From Blastocystis sp. Blastoise (taxonomy: Eukaryota > Protista > Bigyra: Opalinata), in assembly GCA_039096225.1 (NCBI GenBank), contig JBBPEB010000014.1, forward strand, positions 1,674,001-1,738,000: DNA of 64,000 nucleotides, read 5' to 3'. The notes beneath the pieces are model-generated. The model saw only the letters and a program-made list of their open reading frames with translations. It did not search any database and was not told the DNA's origin. Shown one piece after another: positions 1 to 27,600 of the stretch; position 1 is the stretch's first letter; every line of letters starts with the position of its first letter. Made by a program: the position numbers and the translations under genes.

Positions 1-23
1 AAATTTATAGTATAAGAATTAAA

Positions 24-167
24 TTATTATTGATTATAAAATAATATTTATATATAAATTAGTATTATAAAAATTATATTATTATTGATTATAAAATACT
101 ATTTATATATAAATTAGTATTATAAAAATTATATTATTATTGATTATAAAATACTATTTATATATAG
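24..167 (+). repeat. ~55-bp intronic tandem repeat (about 2.6 copies) ending at a splice acceptor
   Basis: Unit TTATTATTGATTATAAAATA(A/C)TATTTATATATAAATTAGTATTATAAAAATTATA repeated; the last copy ends in TATATAG. Confidence 0.8.
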
Positions 168-4093
<3,926 letters not shown>

Positions 4094-5009
4094 AGTTTTT
4101 TTTTTAAATATTTAAAAAACTTTGAATTATTCACTGATTTATTATGTATATATATATAATCTCTTTTTTTTTTAATATTTATTATTTATTAATTCATTTT
4201 TAATTATTAATTTTAATTATTCAATAATCTATTTATATTTTTTTTTATAGTAATATCTCAATACTTATTATTATTTTTTCAACTATTTCGTATTTTAATT
4301 ATATATAAAAAAATAATCTTATTTGAACAAATTTAGATTGTTTATTCTTGTTTATTTTTTTAAACTCTACAGTATATATATCTATCACATATATATATTA
4401 TTATAAATCAGATTTCTTAGTTATTTTAATTTTGTTTTGCTAATTAGTCATATTCAATTATTTTTTAACAACATTCTTAATACTATTTGATAAATTTAGA
4501 GAAATAATATTTAAATTTTAAATTAATTAGGAATAATTTGTATATTACATTACACAGTCACATCTGAAATGTGTTAAATTTCTAAAGACCGAATCGAGAT
4601 GAAGCTATATTTTGAACTAACTGCGATTTTAGAGTGCATTTACGATGTGTTGATAGAATTTTAGTTGATAACCAATTTATCTTTTCAAATTTCATGGAAT
4701 TTTGCTTTCTAGGACACTAAATAAATCATTTATTATACGTAATTAATTAGAAAAACCATTTTTTTGTTGAAATAATAAAACTGTTTAAGAAATTCATGAA
4801 AATCGAAGATTTTATAGTCAAGAATTAGAATTGATCAGCTTTCGTTATAACGATTCCTTAATTTTGTATGGTTTGGTTGTTTGCTTTTCAAAGGAAACTG
4901 TAATTTCATTTCTAATATATTCCTTATTAATATATGTAGACCTTGTCGTGAAACCCAAATTCGACTGTTGAATCGTGTATTTTTACAATCCGAATTATTA
5001 TTATTCACA

Positions 5010-7217
5010 ATGAATCAACAAAATAATGTATATTTTTCATCAATCAATTATCTAAGGAATATCTAATTACTAAAACTATTATATATATAGAATCAATTTC
5101 AAGCTTCAAGTATTTTATTATTTAATTTTTAATAAGATTATTAAAATCATTTAAAAAATGCGATTTCATGTTTTATGAAAAACTATTTTATGTCATAAAT
5201 TACTTTTTTTAAATCTAGAATTGATGAATTTGTCATCATCTGTTCCAGAATTTCATCCTAAGAACCCTCTATCTTATACTCCATTTTATCCAAATCAAGC
5301 AACAGTAACTTATCAATCAAATTCAAATGAACAAGTCAATCAACCAATTTCATATGTAAATAATACCCCTGTAGTAATTTATCCAACTACTATGAATTAT
5401 CAAACATATACACAAACAAATGGATATCCTATATCTTCTATTAATTCAGCTACAACAAATTATATGATGAATTCACAATTTAGTCAACAGTCAAATGTCA
5501 CTGTATCACCAAAATTTATGACAAAAAATACGAGAAAAAATAATAAATTTGTATATATAGTTATATGTGTTTTTTAATGATATTTATAGAGTAAAGACTC
5601 AAATAATGATGTATATCAAAAAGTTACTCAAGAAATATTAGGTATATATTATTATATATATTTATTTATATATTTATATAGATAATCTTCCTAATGAATA
5701 TACTGAAGAAGAAACAAAACGTTTATTATCTCAAAATATATATTCAATTGATGTTGAATGTGTTGCTACAGGGGTGCGTCATTGTGACCGATCCCCTGCA
5801 CGTGTTGCGTTAGTTGATTCATGCTCACGTGTTCTATTTCTTTCATTTATTAAACCGACTGAACCAATCAAAAGCTATCTTACTCCTCTTACTGGAATTG
5901 TGTATATATATATATTTATTATTTTTATTATTATATATTATATATTATATATTATATATTATATATTATATATTATATATTATATATTATATATTATATA
6001 TTATATATTATATATTATATATTATATATTATATATTATATTTATATATATTATATAGTCCAAGTGATTTAGAGAGTGCTCCATGTCTTTCCGAAGTTCT
6101 AATAGAAATGAAACGTCTTTTACCCTCTGATTGTATACTAGTAGGCCAATGTATTAAACATGGTATATATATATATATATATTATTATACTTATTATTCT
6201 TCTACTTATTATATTTATTATTATTATTGTATATAGATATTGACTGGTTAGGATTAAAGAAAAATATTGATTATGCTGATTCTATCGATTTAGCGAAAAT
6301 ATTAAGATCTCCTTCTTCTTATGCTGCTGCTCATATATTTACGATTTTCAGCTTACGACACGAAGTTGAACAAATATTAAATGTTGATATTCAAAGTGGT
6401 ATACATAATCCTGCTATTGATGCGGCATATAGTATGAAACTATATCATGCGTATATATATATATATATATATTATTATTATTATTATTATTATATAGTGT
6501 AGAATCATTAACTCAACAACAATTAGATCAATGGAGACAACAATTAGTATATATATATAATTATATATAATTATATATATAGGCATCTATAAAATCTCCT
6601 CAGGGTGCGTCAGCTATGTATCCAAATGGAATTGATGGCGTGTCGTTAAAAGGATCATCTTCATGTGGATCTGTATATATATATATATATATATTATTAT
6701 TATTATATTTATTATTATTATTGTTATTATTATTACAAATATAATTTAATACTATCAAATAATCATTATATATATATATATATAGGGTTGTAGAGATCCT
6801 CCTCAGCCAGAAATTGATATTGATGATAATTGCTCCTTATATACCCCTCTTCCTGATAGATTACAACCCTATATATCATCTATTATAGGTAATACTAAAT
6901 TTAATGAACGAACTTTTAAAAAGAATTTACAACAAAAAACAAAAAATAATAATAAAGTTATAAAAACTGTAAAACCTAAATTGAATAATCGTGGGAATAT
7001 GAATAAATATAAGAATGAATCAAATATGAATATTTCACGTAGTATACATAGTGCTAATGTAGATACTAATAATACTTATTATAAAGCATTTATTGATATT
7101 ATTAATGCTTCTAAAGAAAAAGATAATAATGATAATACTTCAGATAATAATAATGGTAATAATAATATCTCAGATAATATTAATAATGATAATAAATCTA
7201 TTACCCAAGAAGAGTAA
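5010..7217 (+). CDS. DEDDh 3'-5' RNA exonuclease, REX4/ISG20-like, multi-exon
   Basis: Spliced motifs YSIDVECVATG, ARVALVD, SYLTPLTGI, ILVGQCIKHDIDWL, FSLRH, HNPAIDAAYSMKLY. ATG 5010 is followed by two short exons. Confidence 0.85.
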
Positions 7218-8271
7218 AAATATTATTACTATATTTATATATATATTATAGAATTTCTTATTTGTTTTTTGTGTTGTTCTAGTCTTAATATATGTAAATT
7301 TAAATCCTATATATATATTAAATATTTTAAATATTCTTTATATTTTTTTTTCTAAATATTGTTTACTTTTTTTTTTGAAGAGAGAAATATCTTCTATTTT
7401 TTGAATATTTTCATTCTTTTTTTAAGGTAAATATTTTATATACTATATTTCATTTTAATAAGTTCATTTTTTAATGAATTTTTTTTTGTTTTTCATATGA
7501 CAAATATATTTATAATAGTCTCATTTTTTATTTATAAATTTCTCCTTTGATATAGTTTTCAATAGATTATTTTTCTAAAAATATTGAAAAAATATTATTC
7601 AATAGTATGCTTATGATGACTGAATTAAATACTTATACAAATAAAATGTCTACTATTAAAGAAATGAAATGAAAGTCATGTCATTGTTAGCATTTTACAT
7701 GTATATCATTTCACTAAAATCTTTGAGACATTTGTTCGTATCAAGCATTTCTATAGACACAAGATCATGACGACTATTTCTTTTTTAAAGACAATTTACC
7801 AACGAACAGACAATACTATGTGTTTGAATATACTGTTATCACTATTTTTATATGATCTACATGATATCTAAGATACTACATACTTCTTACTGAAGTTTAG
7901 GCCATTTATTAAAGAATCTAATGATTATCTTTTTATTATTTTTAATTTTTCCATAATGTACACTATCTTGGAGTACTCAAGTTCACTTAAATACACACAA
8001 ATATCATTTCCTAACAATAATTAACTACAAAATGATAAATCAAAAAGAATTTTGAATTATAAGAAACCTAGAAATTTCTTCATTATTCAAAACATTTCTC
8101 TATTTTTCAAGCAAATAAGAAATATTCTTTGTTTGGGAAATTTTTAAAAATATTATTTGAACAAATAAAATAATAACGGTAAAAAATTTGACCAAAACAA
8201 AAGATTTAAAATTGTCTAAATAAGGTTTGTATATACAACTTTTTTATCTTATTTGTGATAAATAAGTATCT

Positions 8272-15054
<6,783 letters not shown>

Positions 15055-15368
15055 TAAACAAAATATTTAATACTATTTATATGATTTATATATATATATA
15101 TTTTTTTTTTTCATTTTTCATTTTTTCATATGTTCTGCTTTATTGTTGCATGTTTATTGTTACATTTTATGTTTTTTTTGATAAAAACTTTTATGTCTTT
15201 ATATAAATATTATAATTAATAATAATAGCAAATGTTTCTATTATTCAAAGATTAATTGAACCTAAATATATAATATTTTCTTAAATAGAAACAAAACTAT
15301 TATTTTTTAAAAACGAAACTAATAAAATGGCAATAATAATGCTATAAGAATCATTCCATGATATAGTT

Positions 15369-17846
<2,478 letters not shown>

Positions 17847-18227
17847 GGTATAACAAATATATTATAAACTATTTTTTAAAACATGGTCTTTTTCCTTCTG
17901 CCAACAAAAAGGTGGAAATGGGGAACCCAATTATTATTTTTTTGGTTACATTTCTTAATAAATAAAGATAAGGAAGCAAGATAGAATATGGATATGACAA
18001 CGAATATATAAACTAAAGAATTTATATTTTTAAAATGGTTTTAAAATCTGATTATAAACGATGTTGATTGTGAATGCCAAAAAACATTTTATCTAGATTA
18101 AGAATATTGTGGAATATATAGCGTATTGATTCTATCAGACATCTTGATATTCTTATTTTGTCTGAAAAAGAAGTACAAACAATAATTCAACACAATTCTT
18201 ACTATTTTCTAAAAATAAATGATACAT

Positions 18228-20461
18228 TTAATGTTTATTTTTAAACCAGTAAGCGAATTTACCTTTAGACTTCTTCGAACTAACGGAAACAGTTGTTTGT
18301 TTTTCTTCTATAAAATGTTTTATATATACTATAATTTATATAAAATACTTTTTTTGGATATGGACTGTTTAGTATTTATAGTTGATGTTATTGATGATTT
18401 ATTTGTATCTTTTGTTAAATCAAGTGGTGCTATATTATTAGTATATGTATAATAATAATAATATAATAATATATATACAACTTGATAAATCTATAATTGA
18501 TTTTCTTTTTGATTGAACTTTTTTATTTTCTTCTTCTTTTATTACATCAAAAACTTGAATAGAAGACCTTTATATATATTATTATAAAGTTTTATCAAAT
18601 AATATATATAGAGTATTTTTATAGAATGATATTAAATAATATATACACAGAATTATTATAGAATGATATTAAATAAAATATATAAAGTATTATTATAAAT
18701 CTTATTAAATAATATATTAGAGTATTATTATAAACTGATATTAAATAAAATATATATATATACTTAGGTACACAAGTAAAAAAGCTATTTATTTTAGTTT
18801 GTGTTGTGAATGGTTTCATTTGTTGTTTCCATAAAGCAGGAAGAAGAGGAGATGTCACTTTATGTAATTCCTAGAGTATATATATATATACATATATGAC
18901 TTTAAAAACATTATAATAATAAGTATATCAGCTGAGAGTATATTAACAAGTATTATAACATCAAGAAAACATATTATTGTTATTTATAATATATATATAT
19001 ATATATATATACAAGATTAAAATCTATATAAATAGGTGCATGGTCACTTAGAGATGACGGAATAGACAAACGATCTGAAGAAACCAAATGAGGAAGAAGA
19101 AGAGGTGACATAAAAATATAATCAATTCTTAAACCACGATCAACATCTTGAAAATTTCGAGAAATATCCCAACATGTATATTTTGGTATATATGTGGATG
19201 AAACTTGAATTTGATTATTATTATTTATAATATTATTATCTTGATTAGTAGTAGATAATATAGAAGAATTTTGATTTATATTTATTGATTGCTGATTGTT
19301 TACTTCCTTTTCTGTTTTAGATGAATTATTATTATTATTATTATTATTATCTTGATTATTATCTTTTTTATCTTCATTATTATCTTCATTATTATCATCA
19401 TTATTATCTTTATTATCTTTCTTATCTTTATTATTACTATTATAACTAGCTATTCTTTTATCTGTAGTTGATTTATAATCATGTTTATGTAGATATAAAT
19501 AACTATCAATGTAGTCATTAGAATACTTCCTTAATATATTTAATTCTAAAGCAGTATAATACGAGCTTTTAGATCCATCAGGATTCTATATATATATACA
19601 ACTATTATTTTAAAAAAATAATTTATTATATATACATATAAACAATAATAATAAACATATATATACAGTTAATAAATAAGGATGAATATCATAATCTTCT
19701 GCAATATTAAAATCACCAACTAAAATAATCTTATTATCTATTTCTTTTTTATATTTCTCTACTAGATATATTTATAAATTTAATAATAATAATAATAATA
19801 TATATATATATATATATATAATACATTTTTCATATAAAGAATTTAAAAATGATAATTTATAATTTAATCGGCCGTTTTCAGGATCAATACCTTGAAAAGG
19901 AACATAACTATATATATATATATATGGTATTTATATAAAACTATATAAATAATAATAGATATACACAGAAATGACAGTAAATAATTTAAAACGAATAAGA
20001 ACAATTCTTCCTTCTTGATCATAAATAGTTTCTTCTATATTTATTTAATATTAAGATATATAATTATAGCAACACAATTATATACCAAAAAAATTATTTA
20101 TTGCATTTTCAATATCATAGCATGATTTTACATATATTCCTATTCCTGAATACCCTTTTTTCACTGAAATAAATAACCATTTACAACTAAAAGCAAATAA
20201 AAATAATATATACCTTTAGAGTAACTCCAAAATGAGTGATATCCTGATATCATTGCAATATCGTCAGTCAAATCTTGCTCTTGAATCTTTGCTTCCTATA
20301 TATATAAAGTGATTTCAAAACACATTTGTATATATATTTACTTGTATACAAAAGATATCTGCTTTACATGATTCCAAGAACTTTGTGATAGTTCCATAAG
20401 TTGTTTTCAAAGCAGAAACTGTTGGGCGCCACCCATTTACATTCCAACTAATTACTCTCAT
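18228..20461 (-). CDS. APEX2: AP endonuclease 2-like (ExoIII/EEP family) with PCNA PIP box, multi-exon
   Basis: MRVISWNVNG, DIFCIQE, KKGYSG, DQEGRIV, VGDFNI, YTCWD, GLRIDYIF, SDHAPI, PIP-box QTKINSFF; last exon ends KFAYWFKNKH-TAA. Confidence 0.88.
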
Positions 20462-20597
20462 AGAAATATTTTATATTCAATCTTGTATTTGAATGATATT
20501 ATATATCTTTGATTTGTATCAATGAAGAATTAAATGACTTTTTATAGAAAGAATTTTCTATTTTTGTTTTACACGATTCTTTATTTGTTTTCAATGT

Positions 20598-20641
20598 ATA
20601 TCTGTCAAACGCGTATTGTTTTTTTCTCAAACGCGTATTTT
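20598..20641 (-). promoter_or_regulatory. 44-bp element with two ACGCGT (MluI/MCB-like) boxes upstream of APE2
   Basis: ATATCTGTCAAACGCGTATTGTTTTTTTCTCAAACGCGTATTTT; inverted copy with 1 mismatch at 23346-23389. The function is inferred. Confidence 0.6.
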
Positions 20642-23345
20642 CTCAAGATTATTTTCTAAAATAAAAGAATAACTGTGATATTTTTTTCTTAGCTATATAA
20701 CTTTTTATGTCAAGCTTCAGTGCTATTACACACAACATATGATTAAATATTTCATTAGTGCCTTATGAAGAAGAAAAATAAGAGTCAAATTGTATTCATT
20801 TCAAGGGTGTACTCTGTCAAACTTTGTTAGGTCATTCTGATTTCGTAAATACACATAGAGAATGAGTTCTGACATAATCTTGTCGACAAATAAGTCTTTG
20901 AAACTGTCTTCTAGGTCGTGATACTGAACTTCATATTCTTTGTTTGTTTTAATTTATTATGATTTACTTTCTACAGAGTACTTTAAATATATTGTAATGA
21001 CTTAAAAGCTAAATATATGAGATAAAATTTTGAATGGGTTGAAATCCCTATTATAAATAATCAGATTCTTCTCAAATTGATTTCAACTATTGTACTATGA
21101 TTAAATGATTGAACTAATTAATAAAATAAATAAAACAATAAATATATTTGTCATGTCATAATTCTCATTTTCAGGTTTCTGTCTTTTATTTCAGACAGTC
21201 ATATTTTTATTTTTAGGTTGCATATGACGTGAATATTTTTCATAATAATTTTTGTAGATTATAAAATATTTTATAATTATTAGAATTGTAAATGATTAAC
21301 TTCCAATATCATCAAACTAAAAATAATTATATTTTCTTGAGTACCAAATACTTTTGACTACAACAATAAGCAAAAAACATAAAAATTAGTTCTTCATAGT
21401 TTATTAACACTAAACAGAAAATTTGATTTATTATGGATTTGCAAGCGTCTAGTTTCACCAAATTGATTTATTTATAATTTTAATTTATAGTTATAAGATA
21501 TATGTTATGTGAACTTTAATATTATGTTAATAAATATCTTTTTAATATTTTCCTTATGGAGAAAAATAATCATTTTCAATTGACGTTAAAGTGTTTTTCT
21601 AAAAAAGGGTTGTTACACTTAGTGATAGTTCTTGATAATTATTGAATTAAAAACAAAAAAAATATATTCTTATATATTTAACACTCTCTTATATAAATAT
21701 TCAAATGATATTTTAAAAAACAAATAATTCTTACTGGTATAAAGAAAGCTGCTAAAAGAAAGAAAAAGCCAAAAAAAAAATGATTTTTTTCTGTTATTAA
21801 TTAATGTCAGGTTACCTATCTCTTCATGTAGATTGGGAACAGTTTATATATATTAAATTAGTACAATGTTAAGTATCTCTATTTAGTAAAATATAGATTT
21901 ATATATAAATATTTTAATATTTATTAACACAAAAGAAATTATATGTATATGGCTTTTTGAGTTTTTTACACTTTTTTCTTTTTTCCCATATTGAAAAATA
22001 GAAATTCAAAAGTATGTGCAGTTTCAAACTGTTTATATGCTTGCTATTACATTATGATAGTGAAAATTCTAGAATCAATACATTATGATACAACACAATG
22101 AAATGCATTTTTTTCATACTTTTTGACAATAAAGTAATATAAATTATAAATAAATTTCAGAATTTTAAATTATTTAAAAATGATAGATATTCGACTATAG
22201 TTGCAAAAAATATAATAAAGAGAAATAAACACATAAAGAAAACATATATATATTTGACATAATATACATTTTTTAAAAACTCGTTTTAGGGTATTGTTAT
22301 CATGCCCTTGAATCAATAAATATTTCATTAATTGTTTTCAAGGTTTATATATATAATATAGATTGATAGATGCATAATATACCAAAATTTCAATACTCTG
22401 TGACTTATTATTAACCGTCAAAATATCATAGTTAGTTAGTGTTTTTATGAAAAACAATAAAAAATGTAAAAAAAAATAAAATCCTCTTTTTGAAACACTA
22501 AATTTAATTTCAAATATTTTAATATAAATAATATAAATAAGCACGGCTTATATTTTATACATATATAAAAATAGAAACTAGTTAATCATTCTATGAACTT
22601 CAGTAATCAGGAATATTCATGGAGTAAAGGAATGAGTGTGAAATTTTTTGTTGTCTTTTTCATTATTCTTAATTTTTATTATATGTTTATACATAGATAT
22701 TATTTTATAAATAACTTGACATATTATTTCTTTAACTAATTTATTTTATGAGTAGGATTGTTAACTCAATATATAAAACTATAAAAAACAGTTGTTAATT
22801 GTGTGTCTAAAGGTAGTGTATTTCTTAATGTTAAGTGATTATTTTATCATTTATATTAGTCTTGATTTAGGGTTGATTATAATATCCAACAAATAATGAT
22901 TTTTAATGATAATAATATGAGAATTAGCACTAAATTATTGATAAGATATTACTAATTTTTAAGATAGATACGTTAACAATAATTGCAGACGATATAGACC
23001 TCATTTATGTTGTAATAGACTAATTTTGAAAGAACATTATTCAAGTGATACTTGCTCAAACTCATTTGAGTGAAAATTATTTGTATATTCTTGAAGATAA
23101 ACATATTCTTATATATTTTTTAGATTAACTCTTTTTAATAAGTCGCTCTTGTCATTAAAAAAGTTGGTACTATAAAATAAGACGAGCAACTTTGTGTACT
23201 GATTTTTCATTGTGTATTATGTGTATACACTTCATATTTATGAAGTAGTCTCTGATAGATTAGAAAAGAGTTTATGCAAAAAATTATTTAAAAAAAATAA
23301 ATATCAACTGAGTTCAACCAAAAACAAAATATACACAAAAACATA

Positions 23346-23389
23346 AAAATACGCGTTTGAGAAAAAAACGATACGCGTTTGACAGATAT
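23346..23389 (+). promoter_or_regulatory. 44-bp element with two ACGCGT boxes upstream of ASK1 (inverted partner of 20598-20641)
   Basis: AAAATACGCGTTTGAGAAAAAAACGATACGCGTTTGACAGATAT, 78 bp before the ATG. Confidence 0.6.
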
Positions 23390-23467
23390 TTTATTATTTC
23401 CATGAAAAATAGTTCGTATCTTCTATTTAAATTATATACATTTTTGTTTTCATTACAAGATCAATAA

Positions 23468-24346
23468 ATGACTACATGTATGTTTTGAATATATTATAAT
23501 TCAATTAAACTATAATTACCAAATAAAGATGAAGATGAATTGATCGATAACCAAATCACACTTTTATTACAGAAATCAGATGCTAATTTTGAGAAAGCAA
23601 CAGAAATAGCATATGATATCAAAAAGAGTGTTAAAAATCTTACGAGTAGTATGAAGGAAATTCATAAAGCTTCAAAGGTATACTATAATTCTATCTTTTA
23701 TTTTATATATCATATTTTTCTTGTAGATATGGGTAGATTTTTTTGACTCGTTCAGTACTGTGTCTACGTCTCAACTCGTAAACAATGTATTTTTTATCAT
23801 ATAATTTTTTTTTATTATATATTTTTTTATTATTATTATTATATTTATTATTATTAATTATAGTTATATTAATAATTATATATTATATTACTGTACTATT
23901 TTAATAGATAAAATAATATGAAATATAATTTCTATATAGTCAGATATATTACCAGTAAAACCATGTATTGGTGATGATAGTGATCCAAGTTTTTTAGCAA
24001 TATCTCCTCAATATAAAAATAAACAAGAATTACCTACATATATGGTAGATATTCCATTTACTCCTATTCTTCCACCCAAACTGAATCATAAAGAAATTAG
24101 TTCTAATTTAAAAACTCCAGAAGCTACACAACCAACTATTGATATTAAAAATGTATATATTATTATTAGTTTATATTTTATTATAAATGTTTATTATTAT
24201 TATTATAAATATTTATTATTATTATTATTATAAAACATTCTTTTATTTAGAATTCTCTATTATCATCTATTGACCATGATATGTCATCCTTAGATATTTC
24301 TCTTCTATCCGATATTCCTCAATATAAACCTGAGTCTGATATTTAA
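23468..24346 (+). CDS. ASK1: DASH/Dam1 kinetochore complex subunit Ask1, 5 exons
   Basis: Spliced ELIDNQITLLLQKSDANFEKATEI...IHKASK|IWVDFFDS matches the DASH_Ask1 pattern (EQ.ITL.LQ.ID.NF...FWK.FFE); C-terminal SP/TP sites. Confidence 0.8.
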
Positions 24347-24649
24347 AAAAAAATACATTACTTTACTTAATGAAAATTATTTTGTTATATATATATTATC
24401 TAAAAAAATATATTATTAGCACATTATAAAAATAGTACTAAAATGTTAAACAAAACAACTAATTTTAAATTTGCAATTAACCATCCATGAGGCATATAAA
24501 TGCCCATAATTTATATAAAAAATAACAAAATAAAAATTTTACAAGAATCATAAAATATATGATATATATATGTATAATATATATACTACATGAAACAAAA
24601 TATATTATATATAAAATGATTCTATAATGATTTTTAAATAAAAAATCAT

Positions 24650-27600
24650 TTAAACCTTAACAGCCTTACTGTTAGTAGCAGCTTTAGGTTTTTCAGAAGC
24701 CTTCTTAGTAGCACCTAACTTCTTGCCTTTCTTGCTATTCTTACCTTTAGTACGAATAAAGACACAGAAAGCAACAACAGCTAAAATAGCAACAACAAGA
24801 ATGACTAAAACAACAATAAGAATAATAATACCAGTAGAAAGAGAATTACCCTTAGTAGTAATTTCACCATTAACAGTAGTACCAGTAACAGTCTTAAGAT
24901 TAGCATCAGAACTAGATCTACAAGCAGTAAGAAGAGCAGAATTAGTACCACTACAATAAGCACTCATATCACTCTTAACCTTATCCTTATCAGCATCATT
25001 AGCAGTAATTCTGACATTAGCAACAACACCAGCAGCATAAGTAGATACACTAGATACACTAATAATCTTTACACCAGAAGAAGGAATTGAATAAGCAGTA
25101 AGAGCTTGAACAATAAGAGTTCTGAATACTTCAGTAGTAGAAGGAGTATTGAAAGTAGTTTCAGTAAGTCCTTCAAGTTTAATAGGAACATTAATAAAGA
25201 TCTTATTATCACCAGGATTTTCTTTAGAATCATAAGTGTAACAGTTAGAAGTATCAGCAACTTGCCAAGTAGCAACACCAACACCAGCATTTTGACAAAC
25301 ACGACTTTGAATACCAGATTGACCAGTACAAGCAACATAAGCAGTAGTAGCTCTTTCAGTAGCAGGCCAAATACCATCAAGAGGACAGTTAACAACACTG
25401 ATATTAATAGTAATAACAGCAGTAGCTTGACCTCTAGCATTAGAAGCAGTTACAGTATAAGAAGAAGTAGAAGCAGCAACAGGAGTACCAGAGATTTGAC
25501 CATTTTGAGCATTGAAAGATAAACCAGTAGGAAGAGAAGGAGCAATAGTAAGAGCATTAAGACTACCACCAGTAACAGTAGCAATAACAGGATTAATAGC
25601 ATCATTCTTATAGCCAGTAATAGTAGTAGTAGAATACATAATAGTAGGCATCTTTAATTGACAACCATCAACAACAGAACCCCAAACAGCAGGATAACCA
25701 ACTTGACATAATCTAGTTCTAGAACCTTCATAATTAATAGTATCTAAACAAGCTAAAGTAGCTTGTTGACCAGCTTCAGTAATAGGCCAAGTACCATCAG
25801 CAGCACAAGAAGCAGTATCAACTTGAATCATAATCGTAGTAGTAACAGAACCAGCAGTATTAGTAGCAGTAACAGTATAAGTAGTAAGAGCAGAATTAGC
25901 AAGAGGAGTACCAGAAATAACACCAGTAGAAGGATTAATAGAAAGACCAGAAGCAAGAGCAGGATCAATAGTGAAAGTTAAAGCAGCACCAGTAACAGTA
26001 GCAGCAAGAGATACAGGAACATTCTTATGATAAGTATAAGGAGAACCAGCATAAGCAAGATTAGTAGGAGCAACTAAAGTACAAAGTTGTTGAACTTCAC
26101 CAAAAACACCAGCAGTACATAATCTTCTTTGAATACCTGTATAACCATTAGCACATTCTTGGAAGGAGAAACCACCTTCAGGAGCAGGTCCCCAAGTACC
26201 AGAAGCAGCACAAGCAGCAGGAGTATTAGTAATATATAAACCTAATTCAGATAATTGAATATTACCATCACCACAATTAAGACTATCAAGAGGAGTATTA
26301 GAACATTCAGTAACAACCATTCTAAAAGCATTATAAGGTTGAGCAGCATAGAAATTATAATCGAAAGTTTGTTTGAAAGAAGTGAAATATTGATTATGAG
26401 CATAATGTAATAAAGTCCAAGTGGTATCATCATTAGAACCTTCAATTCTCCAACCAGAAGGATGTCTTTGATTACAATCATTAGCATTACTTACTTTATA
26501 TTGATTAATAAATTCTCTACGACCTTGATTATAAGTCCATTTGAATATAGCACCAACACAACGAGGACCAGTTAACATCTTTGTACCAATATTATTATCA
26601 AATAACTTATCAATACCTTCAGAATCAGTCTTTTCAATATCAGACCATGAAACACCATCAGTTACTCTGTATTCACCAGAAGCAATAAAAGCAGCAAAAC
26701 CGGTGAAATCATTAGTAGTAGGAAGTGTATCCTTCTTATGAATTTCAACAGCTAATACATTAGTACCAGTAACAAGAATAGAATTAACAAGTGTAGAAAC
26801 AGAACCAGTAAAAGAAGCACTAGAAGTAAATTCAGCAGTAGCAGCAGTATTATAATTAACAGTACCAGTAGGCATATTAATTCTTCTGATTTCATTACCA
26901 TTAAGATAAACAATCATACCAGCATAAGTACTAGCACCAATATCAATACCAGCATAAGCAGGATCAATAGTAGCAAGAGTGAAAGTTGTTCTATAATATT
27001 GAGTAGTACCAGTAGGAGCAGATAAAGATCCAGCAATACCAGAAGTCCAAGCAGCATCAGAGAAAGTAGCAGTATTCCAACCAGAAGGAGCTTCAGCACC
27101 AGAATTTAAGTATTTCCAAGTAGCAGTACTAGAAACAATTCTACCAATATTAAGAGTAACAGTCTTAGGAGATTCACCTACAGCAAGAGAACCAGAAACA
27201 AGAGCAGTTGTACTATCTTCAACAAATACAGAATAAGTACCATCACCCCAACCATCATTCTTACTATCAGACATAACTAAAGTATAAATACCAGCAGCTC
27301 TACAATAAATGAAATTTTGAGTAGAATAGTTAATAGCAGTAGTCTTAGAATCAACAACTGTACCAGTAGAATCCTTAAGAGTCCAAGAAGCTTCATTAGC
27401 ATAAGTAGAGAAATAGAATCTTAACTTGAATAAGTTATTAGGATAAGAACAAGCAATTACAGAGAAAGTAATAGTAGTAGCTACAGGAGTACCTTGAATA
27501 TTCTTAGCACTAATAGTATAAGTAGTAGGAGATTGAAGTTGAGTAGCAATACCATTGAAATAACCATTAGAAGAATCCATAGAAAGACCAGTAGGAAGAG

